Origin: Antedon mediterranea
Lineage: Eukaryota > Animalia > Echinodermata
Direction of reading: 5' to 3'
Length of the DNA stretch: 64,000 nt
NCBI RefSeq assembly: GCF_964355755.1
Contig: NC_092675.1
Span: 30,352,912-30,416,911, forward strand
Part shown: positions 1 through 14,000 of the stretch, in pieces
Layout: each line of letters opens with the position of its first letter
How positions within the stretch are numbered: the stretch's first letter is position 1
Translations under genes and position numbers: made by a program
Notes under the pieces: generated by a model
The model's database searches: none
The model's input: only the letters and a program-made list of their open reading frames with translations
Told to the model about the DNA's origin: nothing

Positions 1-851
1 ACATTTGCTACAGTTAGACAAATATCTCAACTCAGTCAGTTTCAAATGAATGAAATCCCAAGCAAAGGACATTTATGTACTTTCAAATTTATTTTACTGA
101 GTTGAAATGCTAAAACTCAAGGTTATAGGATAAAATCAATTTTGAATTATAAAGTAAATTGTCAATGTCACTCAAAAATAGATAGTTTTAAAGTTTCAAG
201 GCAGACTTCTTACCCAGACCGGCTAACTATGTTGAGGGAACATTTTGACATACTTCCTCTTGTGTATTATAGTTGAGTATTTTAATGTGTATACTTGTAA
301 TTATTATAATAATTATTGTTATTTTGCCATTATTGAAATTAATAATATTCTTGAAATATGAAAGATATGAAACATGTACAGTATTCATTAAGAGTAGGAA
401 AAGGAACTTGGCCTTGCCAATCCCAATGTTTCTATTGGTTTTGATGAAATAAAATAAATTAAATGTATAGTAAAATCACACTATTCTGAATTTGAATAAC
501 TCAAATATTAAAAAGTGATACATTATTTATATAAAAAGAGCCTAATCTAATGATTTGTTAAATTTATTATTTTCTAAAAGTGTAAAAGTAAAAGCAGTCT
601 AATAATATAATTTTTTTTTAAATGAATGAAGTGAATAATATGTATAAGACATTTCAAGACCGTCCTACAAACATATAGGAAGGATATTCAATTATGTTTT
701 AATCTGCTTCACGGGTAGGATAAAATTAACTTACGTAATATTAGGTTGATAAGTTGTTTAATTTTTGTCTCTGGAAATTACTAATAAATGACAAACCAGC
801 AAATGAAGAATCTTGAGTATTTTGATTTGTCTTTTTTTAGATTTGTGTTAA

Positions 852-997
852 GCTCTGTCTATACTTACTATCAATCAAACTAGTTTGACAAAAAAGGTGT
901 GATGTGTCCAAATATGGTAATGATATGACATCACCATGTCCATATATGGGCACATCACATTTTGTTGTCACATACATTTTGGTAGCGTAGACAGAGC
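852..997. mobile_element. GCTCTGTCTACACT-family MITE (Harbinger-like)
   Basis: TIR GCTCTGTCTA(C/T)AC...GTAGACAGAGC with TAA/TGA flanks. Confidence 0.8.
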
Positions 998-2118
998 TGA
1001 AAGAATTGTTAAAAATACTGTTTGCTTTTTATTGTTACAGATTATTATTGTATAATAAACAAAATAATACCTAAAGGAATAGATTTAGGGATTTTTTTTT
1101 TATTTTACAAAATTCTAATTGTAATTTAGGATTTTCAGTTTTATTTTAAACTCTTCTTGTTAAGTTGTTAATTTAATTTGTGTATGATGCCATTGAGGTG
1201 AACAAGTGTTGCTGTAATTAAATAAAGTTGTTGTTATTATACTATAGTGAGCCTAGTATGAACATGGAGGAGAAAAAGACCATCAAGGTGTAAACAAGGA
1301 AAGACTATGTATGTATTCAAGATGCCACAGTACTATATAAAGCACAAACATTGATAGACATAATAGAACATTGATTGACATTCAATGAATCTTGTTCAAT
1401 AACTCCAGTCATTGTTATTCATATTTAAAATGTATACCTAAATATAATTAAGTATGGTAGATCTTTTGATCTACTGGAAAGGGCAAATGAGAGAAGCGTG
1501 ACTTTAGGACTAAATAAGGTAATAAAATATCATCAATGATGACAATAAAATCACACAGACTTTAGCAAAAATGATTAAATCAGAGAGAATGTTCAAAATT
1601 GATAAGAGGATGACCTAATAGAGCAGGTGGTTTGAACATGCTAACATTAACATCAAAGACGTTCTCAATTACACGTCATGTTCTGTAATGTTCTCGACAA
1701 CTGACAGTTATGATATAATTTCATAATGTTAGAAAGTGAGGTCAAGTCTGTCATAACTGACCCTTTCATTTCAACATTTGGTAAATTATCATGTGAGAAA
1801 CTTTAACTACATTGAAAACATTCCCATAAAATTTAAATATAAAAAGAATGTTTAAATCTGCAGTGTAGACAAGAATATTATATATATATACCCTCTCCTT
1901 CTACCATTCTTTCTTTGTTGTACCGTACAACAACTATAATACTAATATCCAATCAAAGTAATCGTTGAAATCATAATATTAAGAGTGCCCTCTAGGCTTG
2001 GTTGTCTAGTGAACTTGTAAGTATCTCTAAATGAGCGTTCATGAGAAATTATGTCCAGCAAAATATATTGCCACTTAATTCCTTACATATAAAAACAGTT
2101 CTTATTCCCATTACTTAA

Positions 2119-2239
2119 GCTCTGTCTACACTATCAAACTTTATGTGACAAAAAAAATTGATGTGCCCATAATGACATCTCATTACCATATAGGGGCACA
2201 TCACATTTTTTTTGTCACATAAAGTTTGATAGACAGAGC
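2119..2239. mobile_element. GCTCTGTCTACACT-family MITE
   Basis: Same TIRs with a TAA/TAA duplication. Confidence 0.8.
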
Positions 2240-5008
2240 TAAACAATAAAAAGCATGTAACCCAAACAGTAATGTTACATATTCCCTATAAAAGAATATT
2301 ATTTAAAAAAAAAACTGATTTAACATTAACAACACTGCAAAGAACAAGATATATTTTTAATTCAAAGTCATTCCACTTTTCCATTTAAAAATTGAAAAAA
2401 AAAAATTTGAAAAAAAAAAAAGAAAATTTACAAATTGTAGATTTAATCACAAAAAATAAATCAAATCATAACTTGTGTACTTTATGTATTTGGTTGTTAT
2501 TTTATGTTGATAAGAAAACACTTTTATACTTTCAGCTTTTAAATAAACACATAAACTTTAAAATGAAGAGATAAATGAAACGAAACATTTAAAAAACTAA
2601 TCTTTTTAGTATTTAATTTTATATTGGACCTTATCCTTAATATATTTAATACAAAATGACAGAGAATTTGTTTCAGGAGTTGTAAATGTTCTCTGAAAAT
2701 GTTTGATTAAGATATAAATAAATATTGGAAAGAAATAAATAACAAGGGTTTATACAAATGACAACATGGGATTTCTACTTTACAACCTTTAAGCATACAC
2801 ATCATTTTCTTATTAAAAGTTGATAAAATCCAACCTTTTTTAGAATATAAATTAAATATTTTTGCTGTTGTAGATACAGCGGAATACAAGCTTAAAGCTG
2901 AATTTAATTAACTGACAGGAACACGGCTTATAACATCTTAGTAGGATGGTGAATTTCTAATATTATATTTCTCCAGGGTAGAGATATGAGTTTCATAAGA
3001 GCAATTTAGAGTGTATTATTTAATTCAATAACAAAAATATTTTCTGATATTAGTTTTACTAGTTAAGATTCTATGATCTGGTAAAGGGTAATAATACTTT
3101 TTTTTTTTTTTAGGAAAAATTTATTTAACTTACTGATTTTCAAGTATCTACTGTACATATAGAAATTAAATTAATTAAGTCAATGTACTCTGTTTTATTT
3201 ATTTAAAATAAATAAATGATTATAAATGTAGATTAATGTATTGTTTTTTTATTATTAAGCACACTTAAAGTACATAAGCACACTTAAAGTACATGTTAAG
3301 CACACAATTAAGTACATGTTAAGCCAAGTATTAAACATGATATGATATGATTATCAAAACATGTTCATTATATTGGATTACTTTATGTGTGTAACAACAA
3401 GAAAACAAATTAAAAGCTTAATCTTCTTCAAAGAGGATCATGTTGAATAATCAAAGTAAAAGTGATTAAAAGATGTACTAAAGATAGCTAAAGGTACAGA
3501 ATATGCAATAAACAAATAGTAAATACATTTTAGATGCCAAAATTGTATTTATTATGTTTGGCAAACAGTGATTTTTTTCCGCAAGTTCCACAAATTGGAT
3601 GTAATTTTTTTTCCAAACATGAACCTCTCAATATCTCAAAAACTATCAACAAATTTATAATAATTTATAATCTTCTAACAAACCATTACATGTCATACTG
3701 TGTTCTACGACATCATTCAAATGAGCTAATGGAAATAAAATATTACTAATTAACTCAATAGATATGCTCTATCATAAACAGAACCATTTTTACCAAAATT
3801 AACCAAATTGTGCAACTCCAGTATGGAAAAATAACAAAGTGGTAGCTTCTACTACCACCAACCAACATGACCTAAATGTTATCTTAAAATGGTTGACATT
3901 TTAATATGGAGATCAGACATTTTGTCTGTATTTTTAGCATGATTTTCCCCAATTGTTAGTCCTGTGGGGTGTCTCATAGGAAACAAGACAAAATGAAACC
4001 AAACACGTATCAATGATAATTAATGACATAGTTTACATTTACACTCATTAAGGGACAAAAAAATGATATAAAAACAAAGGATTTACACATATCTGTATCA
4101 ATACTAATTGATAATTCAATAAAATAGCATATATTTCATATCATTGACAAGTTTAATGGTGTTCAAATGCATCTATATTTCAATATTGATGTGGAATAAA
4201 TTCTAAAGAGTTTTTATTAATAAATGTAGACTATATAAGTTATCAACATTTATAAGTAAGAGATAAATTGCAACATTATTTCAATAAATGTTTATCCTTT
4301 GTCTAAATTTCATTATCAAATAAAAAGGCCCACGCAAACGTGTGTGCAACATTCTGCCGTCAATTTGTACTTTCACAACACGACTTGATTCAGACAAGGT
4401 CACATTAAAGCTCAAATTACTTTCCTGACATTCGGGAAAAAAAATTGAAAATTAGCAAACTTTTAACCCTTACTCTTTTAGGAGGGTGTCTGCAAAAAAA
4501 AGGAAATATTTAACCTGAAGTCACTAGGGGGTACAACATTCTGGCATTTACTGTTTATAGGATACAAATCAGGTACAAAAAGTGCAGTTTCACACAATTA
4601 GTCAATAATGATTACACAGTATAAAGAAATGACGTTAATTCGACTTATTAAATGACCAGTTCAATTTTGACATATTGAATTTTATCGGTCAATGATCAAA
4701 AGGCTAAATTATTAGAATTTTTTCAAAGTCATGTGCTATTTTGAAGCTCAAAATAAATAAAAAAAAGTTTATATTAATTTGGAGAAAATAAATGAACTTA
4801 AAAGTAAAGGAACAAAAGTGAATGAATAAGAGTGCAGAAAGAATGGAGAATGAAGAAAAAAGCAGAATGAAGGGAAAATGACATGACAGAAGAAGAAGAA
4901 AACAAAATGATAAAGAATGAATGAAATGATGAATTGATATGTATGTAAATGAATGTCAGACTGGATTCAGTAAATGAATGAATAAAATGACTGGCACATA
5001 GTACATAC

Positions 5009-8000
5009 CAGATCATTGAAGAAGACAGCATCAAGTACCACATCTTTACTTGATGGCAATGGCAACTTGGCATCTCCAGTTGATATACACGTCCATTTGC
5101 CTTGCAGGAAGGCATCTTTGGAGTGGAAGAGTGATGATGGGTGTTTCATTTCCCATAGGTAAATAGTTGAATACCCAACCACAAGTAAGACTTGACAAGC
5201 ATCGTTGGATATGAATAGGATTGGTTTAATGGCACCACCTATAAAGAAAAAATGAAGAAATATTAATGATTAAAATGTTATAATCACTGTGTTTTATATA
5301 CATTCAAAGGTTTGCATGGAGAATAAACACTACTAAAGTAGGTTGCAGTATGTTTCCTTTTGGAATCATTCATGGTGAAAGCCAACTAGTATTTATATGA
5401 CTACTGTGTTGGTGAATCCATAGAAACTATTCATAAACCAATTTATAATACAAATTGTTATTTTCTTACCACCCAGTATTCAAGTCAATTCAATTTTGAC
5501 AAAATCAAATTCACAAAATAGAAAAACAAAAAAAATGTATCAGACATAAAAACTCACAAATCGGTCATGGTCACCTCTCCTCATAGACTTATAATTTAAT
5601 AATTTGACCAAAATCAGCAAACATCAACATACAGTAGTATGTACATTTACATAACAAATAGAAAAACAACAACAAAGGTATCATTTGGTCAAAGGAAGAC
5701 ATAAAAACTCCCAAGTCTGTCACGGTCACCTCTCCTCATAGACTTATAATTTATTAATTTGCAATGTGTGTTATTTTTTGCCTTATACTTGTATATTTAT
5801 ACTAGCAATGATGAATAGTTTTTTCATTAATGAACCTTTACAATATTAACCTTCAAAATGAAAACAACCATTAATATGTTACTGTATTACAATTACTGTT
5901 AAAGTACAGTAACTATCAGCAAGCATGACAAAAGAAAGAATTACAACGCCTGCTTACGAAAACACTACGCACACACCAGTGGGATATTCAAATCGACATT
6001 AATTATCGATGATTATCGGTAAACTAATTTCCTTCCTGTTGGCAGACATTTAAATGAACAAATGTGTCAAAAGAATATATTTCATGTAGTAAAGTACGTA
6101 TATTTGAACTGCGTAACAGTATAGATTTATAGTACCACAATTTTTGTAAAAGAAAATACTTGACACCATGGATATAGTTAATTTCATATTTGTGTATTAT
6201 TTGATATTTATGATTCTTTCAGAATAATAAATGTTAGATGCATAGATGCATAGATCACAGAAAAGACTACCACCTAAAGTATGATTGAGAAATAAAATCA
6301 AATTGCTAAGACTCTGGGAGGTCAAATTTGAAAACAGACCTCCAATAGAACTATAGTACCATATTTTATTGTAGGAATTGGAGGAGTATACCACAGGTCT
6401 AAGATTTACTAAATTCCAAAAATTGAAATAGACTAGTAGTACAGTAATAGAGGACTTAGGGGTGTCTGCTCAATTTAAATGAGTAGGTGTAAAATAGAAG
6501 AATCATGCAATCACAAACTGAAAGCATTCTACCGAGCATCTAACAAAGGCACTGAGGAGGGCCAAATAATCGCTACCTGATTAATACACTTCCTTAATAA
6601 CTGTTGCTTATAGTTTCAGAATGGTCTGTTATTTGTCAAAGCAAATCAAGCATAGTGCTATGCTAGCAAGATGTATGCTGAAAGGTATGACAAATATTAA
6701 ATAATGAGCTATCCAACTAATGATGACTGAAATTGAGGTATACTGAAGAAAAAAACAATAATTGAGTTAAGGAAATAAGTAACCGGTTTAATAGGCAGTT
6801 GTTGGCATTGTACTGATTCGCAATTGCCATTGGCAGCATGTACAGACTTTAAATTAGAAAGAATGGGGGTAGGGAATTGCAAATAAAAAAAAAAGCACAT
6901 TTGTTATATAAAGGCCAATAATCTGGAAACGGTGAAGGTAACATAGTATGGAAGAAACATAAATAAAGTAACTTTGTATAATAGTAGTGAATAGAAGAAT
7001 AATGAAGATTATTTCAAATGAATTGAAACATGACAGAAAAGGATGATCTCTTTAGAGGAAAATGCCTGGCGACAAAATGGCAATATGTTTGAAACATTGA
7101 TTGATGGACTGAAAGGAGGCGGCCAGAAACAGGAGTTTTAATCAGAAAGATGAATTAAAAGTACTTTAAAAGAGCACAAGAAACAATTCAATGCTCAATT
7201 GTCAGTTATCTTAAAATAAACAGTATAGCAGTGACCAAAGAGAGATATTTTTTATTTCATTTAGTTTGTATTGTTTCTGGAGTTGGAGAGACACGCCCTT
7301 TGGCGATAGTTGTCTTTGACAGCTCTTCTTCTTCTTCTTCTTCTTCTCTCCTCCTCAGTGCTCTCTTTTTATGTTTCACTGAAAGGAATAAATAAATAAG
7401 ATACTTTACAGGCAGCACCACTTCACCTCAGGAAATTCAGAAAGAGGAAAAGATAATTTATGATTTCTACATAATAGAGCCAAGTCTTTTCAATACAGTA
7501 AATGTTTGGTTTAAGAAACCTTTTCATTATATATTTCACTCAAAGTAAATAAAAATAGTGATAGTAGATACTAGAAGAATGATTGCAGTGCTTTTAAAGA
7601 AGATGCTCTTGGAAAGTGGGCTAAAATAATCAAATTACAGTTAGTAGGGCAAACTGGAAAGTAATGGATTAAAATAGAAAACACATTTAGATTCACAGTT
7701 TGATACAAAGTACCAATTAATATCAAATTAAATTTATGAGACATAATGAGCATGACACACGGCGCTAGTTTCTTTTTCAAGTAATTATTGATGGACAAAT
7801 TGCAGTCTGCTTGGACGAGAGTCACATGATCAACTACTGACTGACATCAATTTTCTGCTCTTCATCTGTCTTTAATTATTTTCTTACTATTATTTTTTGG
7901 TGGCTCTGCATTTTTTTTCAAAGTTAATATATTGCTATATTAATAATTAATAACACAGAAATAAATATCCACAAAACACAGCATTCACTTAGAATTAGAT

Positions 8001-11000
8001 TCAATTACTAATAAAATTCACATAAAACAAGATGCATTATTCTTTTCTTTACAAACTTCTAAGAATTCCAAAATTGTTTTCATTATTAAAATAATGTAAA
8101 CTAAAATATTAGCTTGATGAGTGGCTATACACCTAGACACCTTTACATCAACTAATCTTCATATGTAACCTGAAATATTCCCACGTGACCTCTAATCTTC
8201 CCAAATTATGGTGAACATGTAAAATTGAAGTGGTCCGTAAATAACATGTGCTTCCGCAACTTTATAAAATGCCGACCACATTGGACATACATTTCCTTTG
8301 ACGTCTTCTCTGATGTAAGTAATGCAATTACTGCAGAATATCTTGGGGAAAAAAACCTCTTACAATAGACTTGAATCTCCACATTAGTAACTTGCATTGT
8401 TTAAGAATTAGCGTTATGTGTAAAGTTCATTGAATCAATCAATCAATCAATCAATCGTTTTAATCAGTCAATATATTAATAAGTATTTGTCAATGAACTG
8501 TAGTTTATAAAGATTGATATTGTCGCTTTTACTATACGTCTTTCATGGTAGTCTTATCGTTAGTGCCAAACACACTAAAGAAATCGTCTTTAAGTTATAA
8601 TGGTACAATTATAAACTTCATATTCAGTGGAAGAAAAACTGAACTAACACAGAAAATAAATTTAACAACTATATGAAAATTCAAAGCATGCAGAAGTTCT
8701 TAACCGAAAGGCACTGTACAAGGGAAAAATAAACCGTTTAAAAATAAAGTAATATTTGAAGTGGTATTTTATAACATTCCAAAAAACTTAGCAACAATTA
8801 TCAGAACGGAATCCTGAACAAAAAGCACAAGAAAGCAGCCATTGAATTACAGATCCATACCAACTATTAAGGTACAGATATTCTCTATACATTTTCTAAA
8901 TCCGAAAATGATACAGACCTCCGGTTTCTTTTTCTGTTTCGAGGATGTAAAATTTCCCTTTTGAAGGTAGAGGAGTGAGTTTGCAAAATTTAGGACACAT
9001 GAATATCATTACTATCTGACATTTAAATGTGCTTGTGTGTGTAATATATGGCAAGGTAATCAATTGTATTAATTTCTTATCTATGGAATCTACAGGCAAC
9101 ATTTCCTTTATTATTTTTGTGATTTAGTAAAGCGGACACAAGTGAATATTTTATTTAATTTATTGTCTCTATCACTACTGAGTTCTCCCTGATGAGCTTG
9201 CAAAATTAATTTTAGATTACATTTTTATTTTTACATTTTCATTTCATTTTATTATTTATTCGGTCTATTTCAGTATATACATAACAAAAAAAAATGAAAT
9301 TGGGGCGACGAGGGTCAACCTAAGGGAACTTAATCACTGTAGCTGAGCCGGTTGATTTTGGATACATTATACTATAGCAATTTTACTAACAAGCAACTTC
9401 AAAAGAAGATTGTTTTGACTCTCTAGTGACTCAGTCAAGTGTTCAATCTGTTGCCTTTATTTCTACTGTACAGCTTGAGGCATTTGCTATTCCATACTGT
9501 GTCTACATTCTACATTTGTGTTTAGCTCTCCATGTTTTTTTTAATAAACTATCTCAATTATAATAAGATAAAAATGGAAAAATGCTCCATTATACACGAC
9601 ATAAATCCTCAGGGCACGATAGATGAGTCAATTTGAACTTAGCAGTAGCATTTGTTTTTATTGGGAGCGATACCTCACTTGCCTCTTACTTCATAGGCTT
9701 GAGTTGAGTCATACAACCCTGGTTTGAATATAAAATCCCTTGTGAAACTAAATCGCTGAGACTTAATGTGTGAGTGGATGTCTAACAGGCAGAGACTTTC
9801 AGCACGTAACAAAGCATACCCATTTCTTTACTTTATATTACTACAATAAGAAATATTACAATATTTGATGATGATCATGATACATGAGTAATACCTAAAA
9901 AGTGTACTGTTATTAGCTGTGTTTACACTTTTTTTTATCCAACTTGATAGTGTAGACAGAGCTTAATAAGAGCATTAATTAGAATTGAATTGGTAAAAGC
10001 AAGGAGATTGTAGTGAATTATTCATGGTGGTATTATACATCTTGAACATTTAGGTTTTATCACATGGTCATTTATATATTTAAATAAATTATTTGTGAAT
10101 AAGTAATGTTGCAATAAGCACTCCTTCAGGCATCACAACTTCCAATTACCTTGAGGTTTAAAAAATGTCAGGAAACTGGTGAAAAAAACAGTGGTAAAGA
10201 ATGAAAGTATTTAATAAAAATAGGTACAAGAATGAAGTTGATAATTTATCGTTTAAAAAAATGACCGAAAGTAAGTGTCTAGACTTAGGCAGGTCAGAAA
10301 GATTATGCAACATAATGGTCAAATCATTTCAAATCAGAAAGAATTGATCCCAATTTATAATATACCGGATAAGAATTGAATTATAAAACGGTAAAATGAT
10401 AAGAAAACTACAAGGATTGGATTTCAGGCTGGGAAGTATGACCTAATACTATGCTTATCTTAACACCTTTAAAACAGAATGGCATTTCAGAAACTTGGCA
10501 AGTAATTGAATGAAAACTATACATAGACAATAACTTCTGGATTTGTATACATATACTGCACTGTCTTTTGTAAACTGTGGTACCTATCTTGGCAGGAAAA
10601 CAACATGCATGAAACGGCTTAACAGATTTCCAAAATGATTGACACTATCCAAACTGTACCAGCATAAAATGATTGGTCATGACTGTTGGTTTTAGCACCT
10701 TTGAAATAATCGTTTCTTAAGCTCTGTCTACACTTATCAAACTTTACATGATGTGCCCATATATGGACATGATGATGTCATATCAATACAATATTTGAGC
10801 ATATCACTACCATATTTGGGCACTTTTTGTTAAAACTAGTTTGATACTGTATACAGAGCATTATGATTGTCAGGTTTCAGTACTTTTGAAATAAGCATTT
10901 GTTATGCCAGGTTTTGCCACTTTTGAAATCACCGTGTCGACTGCATGTCAGCGTTTATTAATTCAAAATCAGATTGACAAAGACAATTGATAAGGTAACA

Positions 11001-14000
11001 CTATTTTCAAGGCCTTAAATTATATAATTTTAAAAAGCTGTCAAATTATAATTACCTGTTAATATCTTCTGTCATATATTTCAGATTGATCTTATAGGGC
11101 CAAGGGTATTTATTTGATAAATATACTTTAAGTTTCGCATTTTGTTTAGTTTTCATAATATAACTTCAATTTCAATTTGTTAATAGATTCAAAAATTGAA
11201 ATACAAGTACAAGTTGTGTACTGTGTGATACATGTAAGATTATAATTGAAATACGAAAAACATTTCAATAGTAAACTTTAAAATAAGAATAAATCATTGA
11301 AATAGAATAGAAACTGGCCCTTAATTTTGGAATTGAAAGAACAAAAGATTATTAGAACATGCTTGAAGCAGAAATTGTCTTTAAATCTAAACTTCTTAGA
11401 CATCTGTGTAATAATTTGTAAGGTTTTGATATATTTAATTTGCCTATTAGTAATAAATTTTGTACAAATACTACAATTCAACGTTTTAAGATTGAATGAA
11501 TAGAATTACCGAATATAAATAAAATGTTGCAAAACAAATGTTGAAAATAATTAAGTCAAGTTTTAACTATTTAACTATAATATCATAATCATTTTAGCTT
11601 ACATATATTTTTAAAATAAGCACATGTCCACAATTAATGTAATTAATTAATTTAATTAAAACAGTGTAAAGCTAATTGTCGATATTATACAATTTGGCAG
11701 GATCCCAAGAAAAAGGCTGGCAAGAATTATGTCAAATATTGTATTGAGATTAAACTGTAAGGCACAGGTACTATTGTACTGTGTTTTCTCAATCAAGTTA
11801 TCAATAGCGGAGGATCATACATTTTGGGATGGAGGGCGTTAAACAGGTTGTATAGATAATATAGATTAATATTCTACATATTATGCTGAGCCTTATCAAT
11901 TATTCTGACATACATTGATTCTTAAGACTTTACCTTTGTCTGCCACAGAAACCAAAGCACTGGAGAACACATCAGGAACACCAGATATGTACCGTAACAA
12001 CTCTGTGTCTTTATGCCAAAGAAAGAGGCTACCTTTTTTCTGCAGACCCACCAGAAATGCTCCTGTAAAGCAATAATATATTCAACAATTTTAGCCAAAA
12101 AAATATCTAGGCCCATAGAACTATTCTTTAATATGTAGTTAAAAAATGTTTCTTTTCTGTGTAAATTTTATTTGAGTCAAGTAAGGGCGGATTTACGACC
12201 TCTTGGAGTGTTGTTTTATCACTGTAGTGCGAGGTTGACATGTTTTCCATATTTATTTTAAACCTTCTAATTAAATGATAATTAAATAGCTAATTTTACA
12301 GTAACCATAAAAACAAAACATGAAACCGAAAGTTCCATAAAGGTATTGCAACAGAAGTTATAGAAATTCTATTAATCTTATTAATAAATGCATTTCCCAA
12401 AACAACAAATATTACACGGGTATTCCCAATAGATGATTAAGTGTTGTGAGATAACAACACATAAATCTGCAATAGGATTGACCGCAGTAGGATTGACTGC
12501 AGTAGGGTTGACCGCAGTAGGATTGACTGCAGTAGGATTGACAGCAGCAGGATTGACCACAGCAGGGTTGACCGCAGTAGGATTGACAGCAGTAGGATTG
12601 ACTGCAGTAGGATTGACCGCAGTAGAATCGACCGCAGAATTCTCACTTGAGTTATGTGATGTCAAGTACTGTAGCGTTCACAATAAATGAATAAAAATGA
12701 CAGAATTCTGTAGCGATTAATGTTATTTTATGTAGAGTACAACGAATGAATAAAAAAGACAGAATTCTGTAGCGATTAATGTTATTTTATGTAGAGTACA
12801 ACGAATGAATAAAAAGGACAGAATTCTGTAGCGATTAATGTTATTTTATGTAGAGTACAACAAATGAATAAAAAAGACAGAATTCTGTAGCGATTAATGT
12901 TATTTTATGTAGAGTACAACAAATGAATAAAAAAGACAGAATTCTGTAGCAATTAATGTTATTTTATGTAGAGTACAACGAATGAATAAAAAAGACAGAA
13001 TTCTGTAGCGATTAATGTTATTTTATGTAGAGTACAACGAATGAATAAAAAGGACAGAATTCTGTAGCGATTAATGTTATTTTATGTAGAGTACAACGAA
13101 TGAATAAAAAAGACAGAATTCTGTAGCGATTAATGTTATTTTATGTAGAGTACAACGAATGAATAAAAAGGACAGAATTCTGTAAGCGATTAATGTTATT
13201 TTATGTAGAGTACAACGAATGAATAAAAAATACAAAATTCTATAGCGATTAATTGATAGATTCAGATCAATAGTTTCTTGCCAAGTTTCACTCTGCAACT
13301 GGTCATATAACAAGCTTCCGGCAGAAAGGCGACAATTCTAACTAAAGAGCTCATCACAAGAAGAAAGTTAATTGAAGGGGTCAGTGGCAAAGGGAAGGGT
13401 AAAGATAAATAGGATTATATCATCTTTTTGATCATTACTGTCTGTCACAAATATTTCCCTTCAAAGTAGTGATAATAGAAAATGTTAGTGTGTAGTTCAC
13501 ATTTCAACTGAACATTTTTAATAAAAGGATTCAATATTACCATTTCTGGATGTTGCGATGGCAGTTGTATTATCTAGCTGTGGTTGTAGCTTTGGTATCT
13601 TCTTCCTTGTCTCACCGTTCTTGAGGAATAACGTACTGGCTCGCTGCCCATCAAGTACAAACACATCTTCACACTAGAAAGAAAACACAACTTTTAATAA
13701 ACTTACTAGTATTTCAAAAGATATTGTATGTGCATTTTTAAGTCTGATTTTATTATTGTAGTTTATCACATTATTATTATGTGAAGGCATCAAACTTTGC
13801 TGATTTGTAAACTTTTTCAATTGCATCAGCGACCTCTTCACATTGTTGCGAAAATGTAGCACTGAAACTAAGCGGTAGGTAATGATCATGAAAAACAATG
13901 ATCAAACACTGAATTTGAAGAATGTATTTTTAGAATCATCATTCTAATCAAGTTAAGGATGGGAACCAAATTTCCAATCTTTCACTTTTTTCTATTGATA

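Noticed and set aside
12381-12690. PTAVN/GLTAV repeat ORFs (antifreeze- or collagen-like)
   Set aside because: By-products of a 15-bp minisatellite open on both strands, with no splice support.
12686-13253. Regular 59-bp array as a CRISPR-like locus
   Set aside because: No unique spacers, no cas genes, and it lies in a eukaryotic intron.
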